Positions 12,001 to 21,000 of a DNA stretch of 64,000 nucleotides are shown piece after piece (positions within the stretch are counted from its first letter, which is position 1; the number at the start of each line of letters is the position of its first letter). The notes under the pieces are model-generated. The model worked only from the letters and a program-made list of their open reading frames with translations, was not told the DNA's origin and did not search any database. This DNA is from an uncultured Elusimicrobia bacterium (GTDB lineage: Bacteria > Elusimicrobiota > Elusimicrobia > Elusimicrobiales > UBA9959): the NCBI GenBank assembly GCA_903917735.1, contig CAIXBR010000047.1, positions 44,670-108,669 of the forward strand. Direction: 5' to 3'. Position numbers and translations under genes: made by a program.

Positions 12001-15000
12001 GGGGAAATGCGACAATACCAATACTGTCCAAGTAAATGTGGCCTCCACCACTCTGTCCATTCCCAACGCGGGCATCCTGGTCAACAATCTCTTCTCCCCT
12101 GTCGCCACGCTGAAAGGCAAGGAGAGCGGCGTGGGCGTGTCCGGCAAGCCGGTCAGGTTCACCTACGCCGGCGTCCTGAAAGGTACACCGTTAACCGCTG
12201 CAGGCGGCACAGTGGCGCAGGCGTTCACACCCATCTCCACCGGAACTTTCGAACTGGATGTCAACTTCGATGGTGACACGGCTTTCTACGCCAGCGTCGG
12301 CACGGCCACCATAGTAGTCAGCACGCGCGTTTCGGGCATCACCATGACCAATGTCATTACCACGGTCCAAGCCGTGTTTAACGCCACCGCAACGCTGACC
12401 GACCTAAGCCCCGTGCCCGCCATTGTATCCGGCAGGCGCGTGAATTTCCTGTTCAATGGAGTAACAATATCTTCAGCCACTACCGACTCGGTAGGCGTGG
12501 CCACGACCTCTTTCACAGCCCCGCCCGGATTCGGCTCGTACCCGATCACGGCCACATTCCCCGGCGACCCCATCTACGGTCCCTCCAACACCGCGACGGC
12601 TTCAGTCACTGTGTCCAAGCGCGCTACGCAGCTTACGGTGCTCGGCAACCCGGCAACAACAGCCCTCCAGGTTTTCACCGCCACCGCCACGCTTAAATGG
12701 GCCGGGGGCGATGTGGCGGGAAAGGTCGTATCTTTTACCTATCATGGCGTCAAGCTGGCGAACACTACGGAAGGCAGCGGTAAATATTACGTAGATTTCG
12801 ACGCCGGGGCTTCCTCCGGGCCTTGGCAAATAGACGCGGCTTTTGAAGACGGCGCCGACGCCGCATACGAGACCAGCTCCGGAACCAATACCATAACGGT
12901 GGGGCGCCGCAACTGCGTGGTGATACCCAACAATATTTCAATGTCGGTATACGACACCTTCAATGCCACCGTCACCTTCAAGGATGTGGCCAGCTCCAGT
13001 ACGCCCGCTGGCAAGTACCCTAAAGTGGCGTTTACCCCGACCTGGATCGCCAGCACCGGCACCGCCACGGCCACGAATGGCGCCGGCATAGCGTACTTCC
13101 AGAACCAGACCGCCCCGGCCTCCTCAGGCAACTACAAGGTGGAATCCTGGTTCCCCGGAGACGCCACCTACTTCCCCAGCATTTCCTCTACCGCCACAGT
13201 AAAAGTGCTGCAGCGCCCTACCCAGCTTTCGCTGGCGGACGTTCCGAACGCCATGATCGACCAGATCTTCACCGCCACCGCCACCCTGAAGAACGACATA
13301 AACTTCCTGGATAACAGGTATGTCCTCTTCACCTTCGAAACCAGGACGTTCAACGCAAAGACCACCGCCGGCATAGCGGTAGCTACCTTCACGGTCACCC
13401 TTTCCACCGGCGCCAGCCGGATAGACGCTATCTTCAATGAGGATGCCTCCTATTCCGCCAGCAACGCCTCCTCCGCCACCGTAACGGCCGCCATGCGCCC
13501 GACTTTCCTTTCCACCGCTGCCACAACGGTAGTAGCAGACAAGGATTTTATAGCCACCGCCACCCTTAGAGATCTCCCGGTCGGATTCCCTTCGGCAAGT
13601 CTGAACGTAGCCACCCAGACAATATCTTTCCTCTTCAACGGCACGACCAAGACCGCCGCCACCAACGCCCTGGGCATAGCCACCGTCACTTTTACGGCCA
13701 ACGTTTCCACCGGCAGCTGGCCCGTAACCGTCACCTACGCCGGCAGTTGGAAGTACGTCGGCAGCAGCGCCGCCACCATCCCCCTGACCGTTATCCAGCG
13801 GGCCACCAGCCTTGTTTCTTCCGGCAATGTCGCCTCGCCGGCCCTGGACGTATTTACCGACACCGTCACCCTTCAGGACCTGGACAACCTGCCCTTGGAC
13901 GCGCAGTCCCTGCGCTTTGTCTTCTCCGGCAGCACTTTCACAAAGGTAACGGCCGGAGGAGGCATCGCCGCCTCCACCTTCTCCGCGCCGGCCTCTTACG
14001 GCACCTACTACGTCAACGTCTATTTCGACGGCAACACCAAGTATTCTTCCAGCACGGTGGCCATAACGCTCACTGACGCGCAGCGCCTCACCGCCATAGC
14101 GCTCAGCAGCCCCTCGGTAAAGGCCTGGGACTTCTTCAAGACCACGGCCACCATCACAGACCTGAATACCCCATCCTTGTACAAGGTCTCCGGCGCTACC
14201 GTCACCTTCAACTTCGGGGCTCCCTGGGGCGCCAGCACCTCTGCGCTCACAGACAGCGTCGGCTTGGCCACCGCGCCCTACCAATCCACAGGCACCGCGG
14301 GGAACTATACGCTTACCGGAACTTTCGCCGGGAACGCCACCTACGCTTCCACCACCACCGTGCTTACCTTCTACGTGGCGAAGCGCAGCGGCTACGTTAC
14401 CGGCGTGAATATCTCCACCAGGGTCTTCGACCTCTTCACCGCCAGCGCCACTTTCTACGACAGCATAACCTCCGCGCCTGTCTCGGGCCGTCCCATCAAG
14501 TTCTGGCTCCAGGGCACGGTCAGCACTCCGTCCGCCCCAACCAACGCCTTCGGGGTGGCCGCGGTTACCTTCACGGCTCCGGCCTCGTCAGGCACCTATA
14601 ACCTTTCCATCTGGTCCGACGGCATAACGGACCTGACCTATAACCAGTCCTCCGTCTATATAAGCAGCGTAACGCTGGCGCGCCGCGACAGTTCCATAGC
14701 GCTAACAGGGCCGACCAACGCCATTATCGCCAGCACCTTCACACCCACCGGCATCATGTACGACTCGGTCAACAGCGCCGCTATACCTTCCAAGACGATC
14801 TCGTTCCTCTTCCAGAACACTACCGTGCCCGTAACTACCAACGGTTCGGGCCTTGCCAGCACCGGGTATACAGCCAACCTCTCCTCCGGCCCCTACCCGC
14901 TGCAGGCCTCCTTTGCCGGCGACGCCAGCTACAATCCCAGCGTCTCCACCAAAAGCGTAAACATGCTCAGTTACCCGACCCTGCTTGCGGCCCCTACGAT

Positions 15001-18000
15001 CACGGTAACTATTAACGAGGTGCTGACCGCCACGGCTACCCTTTCCGATTACCTCGCCAACACCGTTGCGTCCAAGGCGCTGGTGTTCTACTTCAACGCC
15101 TCTTCGTTCACTGCCGTAACCAACACTCTGGGCGTGTCCTACTCCACCTACTCCGCCCCCGTTTCGTCAGGGGTCTACCAGATGCCGCTCTCCTTCGCCG
15201 GGGACGCCATATACGCCTCCACCAGCACCTATATCCCGGTGACGGTAAAACAGCGCATACCCTCCATAACACCGAACCCGGTCTCGGTACAGGCGCTGGA
15301 CATTTTCACCGCCACCGCAACCCTGACGGACGCGCGCGTCCCCGCGACCAAACTGTCGGGGCAAACCGTAATTTTCGAGTTCATCGTCAACCCCACAACT
15401 TTTACGAGTACCGGGGTCACGGACCCTAGCGGCGTGGCGACAGCCACTTTCACCGCCACAGCGCCCTCGGGGGCCTACCAGCTAAGGACGACTTTCTCCG
15501 GCAACGTCACCTATTCCTCGGGCTCCGCCTACGGGACCGTTACCGTGCTGGCCCGCCCCTCGAAACTGATGCAGGACAATTCCACGGCCCCCATAGGAGA
15601 GGTGTTTCGCACCACGGCCACCTTGGTGGACGCGCAGACCCTGACGCCCATTTCAAGCACGAAGACCATTACGTTCACCTACGGCGCCAGCTCCGCCGCC
15701 TTTACTGACGCCGGGGGCAAGGCCTCGGTCGCCTTTACCGCCCCGAACTCCTCCGGAACCTACCCGATGAGCTCCTTGTTCGCCGGGGACCTCACCTATG
15801 ACACGTCAGCTTCAACCGCCACGCTGACCGTTAACCGCAGGCCGCTCTCCCTGGCCGCGCCCGATATTTTGGGGATCATAGACGAGGTGTTCAAGGCCAC
15901 CGTTACGGTTACGGACACGCTGAACTCCATGCCGGTGTCCGGCAGGAACGCAGTTTTCATCTTCCAGGGCAGCACCTTCACGGTCCCCACCAACGGCAGC
16001 GGCGTGGCGGTGTCCACCTTCTTGGCGCCGTCCTCCAGCGGCACCTACTACGCGGCTATAAACTTTGATGACGGCGACGCCAGGTTCCTGCCTAACGGAA
16101 CCACTGCCCAGGTCCTGGTAGACCGCCGCCCCTCCGCGGTAAACCCGGACCCGGTCACAGCCAGGGCCGCCCAGGTCTTTACCGCCACTGCCTCCCTGGT
16201 CGACGTTCTCAACCCCGGCTTCAAAGTAGCCGGCGGGGAGCTGGCCTTTGTGTTCTCCGGCAGCACATCCACCGCCATCACCGGCCCCGACGGGGTTGCG
16301 GTATCCACTTTCATGGCGCCGCCCTCCAGCGGCACCGCGCAGATAAGCGTCTCTTTCTCCGGGAACAGCCGGTACAAAGCCAGCTCCGGCTCGGCTGCGG
16401 TGACCGTGCTGCGGCGCCTGTCCCTGCTGACAATAGCCCCGTTCTCCGTTAAAGCCATGGACGTTATCACCGCCACCGCCACGCTTACCGACAAGGTCAG
16501 CGGGGCCGTCGCTCCCGGCAGGCCGGTAACCTTCACTTTCTCCACCTCTTCCTTCGTCTCGGCCACCGACGCCGACGGCATAGCTGTTTCCACTTTCTCC
16601 GGGCCGGTTTCCTCCGGCACTTACCTGGTTAACGCCAACTTCGACGGGGATACTGTTTACGACGCCGCCACCGCTACCGGAACGATCACGGTAATACAGC
16701 GCCCGACCGCGATAGCGCTGCCCAACAGCTCGGCCTTCCCTTTTGAACAGCTCATCGCCACCGCCACGCTTACGGACGACGCCACGCTGGGCGCCATCCA
16801 GGGGCGCGGCCTGTCCTTCATCCTGAACGGGGTGTCAACTGAGGCCGTGACCAGCGGCGTAGGCGTGGCCACGGCGGCTTATACCCCGCCTTCCAATTTC
16901 GGCGGCTACACCATCTCCGCCACTTTCCCGGGGGACGCAAGCTACGCCTTCGCCAGTTCCAGCGGGACCGTCTCCGTGATGAGGCGGCCGACCGCCATCT
17001 CCGCCCTGAACAACGCCGCCGCCGCCATGGACGTGTTCACCGCCAGCGTTACGCTTTCGGACGTCAGGTTCTCCACCGCGGTGGCCGGCAAGGAAGTGAC
17101 CTTCACTTTCGAGGGCAAGTCCAGCACGGCCGCTACCGGCCCGGACGGCACAGCCTTCGCCTCGTTCTCCGCGCCCGTCTCTTCCGGAGTCTATTTCTAC
17201 CAGGCCCAGTTCGACGGGGACAGCGTCTACGACGTTTCCTCTTCAACCGGTGCGGTAGCCGTCTCGACCCGCCTGACGCGGATAGTAGTCAAGGACACTA
17301 ACGCCAACGTGGGCGAGCCGTTCAAACTGACGGCCCTGCTGATAGACCCGGCGAAAGAGGCGCTGCCCGGCTACGATGTCGCCAACGTGCAGATGAAGTT
17401 CGTTTTCAAGGACAGGAACAACATAAAGATAGATGAGGGCTTGGCGATGACCAACGAATTGGGCATAGCCACTATAACCTTCAGCGGACCGGGCTTGCCG
17501 GACGTCTATTACTATAGCGCCAGCTTCGCCGGCAACTACACCTACTCGGCTTCCAGCGCCACCGCCATGGTAAAGGTAGGCCTGCTTACCTCCCTGGTGG
17601 CTTTTGACGTTGAGACCATCGCCCTTGAGAATTTTCCTGTAAAAGCGAAACTCACCGACTACCTCTCCACCACGCTGGACGATAAAAAAGTGAGGTTCAG
17701 GTTCATAGGCGCGGCCGGCTCCGGCATGACCAACGCGGGGGGGGACTCAGGGATAGCGGCCTCCTCCTTTACCGCCCCGTCCTCTTCGGGAACCTACTTC
17801 TATAACGCCTATTTCGACGGGGACTCTATTTATTCGGCCAGCAACGCTACCGCCACCATCAACGTAAAACTAAGACCGGCCGCCATAGTCCCGTCTCCCG
17901 TTGCCACTTTCGCGTACAGCTCCTTCACCGCCACCGTACTGCTGACGAACATACTTTCCCCGTACGCCGCTATCGGCGGCAGGGCCGTGGATATCTCCTT

Positions 18001-21000
18001 CAACGGCGACACCGTCGCTACGGTCACCGACCCCGCCAGCGGGGCGGCCAGCGCGGTCTTCTTCATCCCGGTCTCTTCCGGTACTTACAAGTACTACGCC
18101 AGGTTTGCCGGGGACGACACTTACGACGCGGCTTCCAACACCGGCACGGTGACCGTGCAGCTCAGGTCCACCAGCATGCTGCCCTACAGCGTGACGAACC
18201 TCACGGCCAACAGCACCTTCACCGCCAGGGTAGAACTGAGGGACAACCTCAGCCTGCCCATAGAGGGACTTAGCGTGGACCTCCTGTTCGGGACGCAATT
18301 CGGCGTTGGCGCTACCAACGCGCAGGGCGCGGCGGAGGCGGTCTTCACCGCCCCGGCCTCCAGCGGCGTTTACACTTTCACCGGTAATTTCTACGGGGAC
18401 GAGCGCTACGCGGGCAGCACGGCCAACGGGAATGTTACGGTAGGGCCAAGGCCCACGCTGGTATTCACCTCCGCGGTCTCCTCCAAGCTGAACTCGCCGC
18501 TGGGCCTCTCGGCGAGGCTCGTGGACGTGGCCCAACAGACCGGCATCGGAGGACAGCTGCTCAGCTTCTACTTCGAAGGCTCCACGCTGTCGGCTGTAAC
18601 CGACAGCTTCGGCACCTCCACCGTCACTTTCAGTTCCCCGCTGTCTACCGGAGCCTACAGCTATGAGGCGTCATTTGTCAGCGACGGGATCACCTACATA
18701 AGCAGCTCCTCTTCCGCGCCCGTCACTATAGCCCTGAACCTTACCAAGCTGGACGCCAAGAGCGGCATCGGCATAAAGATCTACGAACCCCTGCCGGTAG
18801 AGGCCACTCTTAAGGATTCTTTAGGCCTTAATCTGCCCGGCCTGCCTGTTACTTTTAGCTTCGCGGGCAGCACCACCACCAGCATAACCAGCGAGGTCGG
18901 CACGGCCACCGCCGCCTTCGCCACCACGGGCCTGGCCTCCACCGGCACCTACAATTACACCGCCGACTATCCGGGCGACACGCTTTACGTGGCTTCTTCC
19001 GACACGTCCAACGTAGTCACCGTTTCCAGGCGCGACTCCCTGCTGCTGGCCCAAAACGCCACCACGCCTCCGGGCAAGTATTTCACGGCCGAAGCCAGGT
19101 TCTACGACAACGTGAACGGCAGTTACTTCATGGGCGCCCCGATTGCGGGTAAGACCGTTATTTTCGAGCTCCACAACTCCACCTTCACTACTATCCGGAG
19201 CGCCATTACGTCCGCGCTGGGAATTTCCACCTTTACCTTCACGGCCCCTGTCTCTACCGGCACTTTCCTGCTGACCGCCAGGTTCGCCGAAAGCGACCCG
19301 GTTTACCTGAGCGCGCTTTCTTCCTCCACGATCACCGTCCTTCTGGACGACGGCACCGGGGCGATAAAGACTAAATTAAAACTGGATCCCGCGAGCGCAT
19401 ATATAACCAAAGTATTCGTTGCCTCCGGCACACTCACGGCTACGGACGTCCCCGTTACGGCCAAGACAGTGCTGTTCGAATTCTTCAACGGTATCGCTAC
19501 CTATACCGCCGCCGGCTTCACCAACAGCATAGGCCTGGCTACAGCGGCCTTCACCGCACCGATAGCTTCCGGCACCTATAACATGACGGCCTCTTTCGCC
19601 GGCAACATGGACTTCTCGGCCGCCACCGGGACCTCCACCCTTACGGCTAACCGCTACCCCGACTCGCTCACGGCCCAGACCGCAGCCGCCTTAAGCGGCG
19701 AGGATTTCCCCGCCAAAGCGGTGCTGCGCGACGATCTTGCGCTTGCCGCAATCTCGGGCAAGACCGTTACATTCACCTTCTTTAACGGCTTCTCCACCGT
19801 TACCAGAACGGCGGTAACCAGTTCCACCGGCTCCGCCGAAACCACTTTCACTTCGCCGGCTACCCCCGGGAACTATTTCTATACGGCCAGCTTCGCCGGC
19901 GATGCTTCCTACGTGGGAAGCATGGACTCCGCCTCCATACTGATAGCCTCGAAAGGCTCCAGCACCTTCCTGATCGGCTATGAGGTGATGGTCGGCACCG
20001 GCGAGGTGTTCGCGGCCTCCGCCACCCTTACCTCCAAGGGCCTGCCTGTCCAGGGCAAGGCTATCACGCTGTCTTTCCAGGGCCTCCTGCGCGTCTCCAC
20101 CACCAACGCGGACGGCCTGGCATCCTCCACCTTCACCGCGCCGGCCTCCAGCGGAACCATCGCCTACCAGGCCTCCTTCGGCGGCGATCCGCTTTACAAT
20201 GCCACCCTGGCCACGGCCCCGGTCTCGGTGATACTCCGGGTCCAGCCAGAACAGCCGTCCTTCAAGGCGCAAGTCACCTCCACGTCGGTAACGCTGGCCT
20301 GGACGCCCGTCACCACGGACCAGAACCACCAAGTGACCGGCTACGAGGTCAACACGGCCGCCGAGCTCAGGCCCCAGACCTGGAACACCCAGGGCTTCGT
20401 TTCCAGCACCGCCACGACCCTCGGCTACACCTGTACCGTGGATTCCAACACGGCTACTTATCTTAAAATAACCACAAAGCTGGGGGACAACCAGGAAAGC
20501 CCCACTTCGCTTATCGTGGAGGTCCCGAGCAAGGCGGACGACCCGGCGCGCGTGCCTAACTACTACTACATGAACGCGGGGACAAGCGCCAACGACTGGG
20601 CCGCCTGGGTCAAAATTCCGGGCCAGGTCATGAACAAGGTCTCCTCCGCCACTTTCACTATGGACGTGGCAAAGGTGAACAACCCGGCCTTCCTGGCCGC
20701 CTACACCGTAACGGCGTCCGGAGACCAGAAGACCCTGTCCTCGGACCTGAAGACGGCCGACAGGAAAGGCGTCAGGCTCACAATTTCCTATCCCAAGTCC
20801 GGGACCGGGGTTTCCGCCGCTTCCGGCCAGCTTGCCATGTACTGGTTCAACGGCGTGGAATGGGTGAAACTGGGCGGGCAGATAGACGTGCTGACGGGAG
20901 AAGTTTACACCTACTCGCGTGTGCTGGGCCAGTTCGCCGTGAAAGCGGCCCCGATGGCGTCCTCCTTCACGCTTACGAAGGTGGCCCCTCGCATCTTCAG

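Noticed and set aside
13124-14284. 386-aa minus-strand ORF, plus many 60-280-aa ORFs in other frames between 3.1 and 21.4 kb (e.g. 3164-4006, 6092-6598, 19691-21397)
   Set aside because: All lie inside the 18-kb giant ORF, whose frame shows a coherent repeat architecture. The alternates are Gly/Arg/Pro-rich low-complexity translations.
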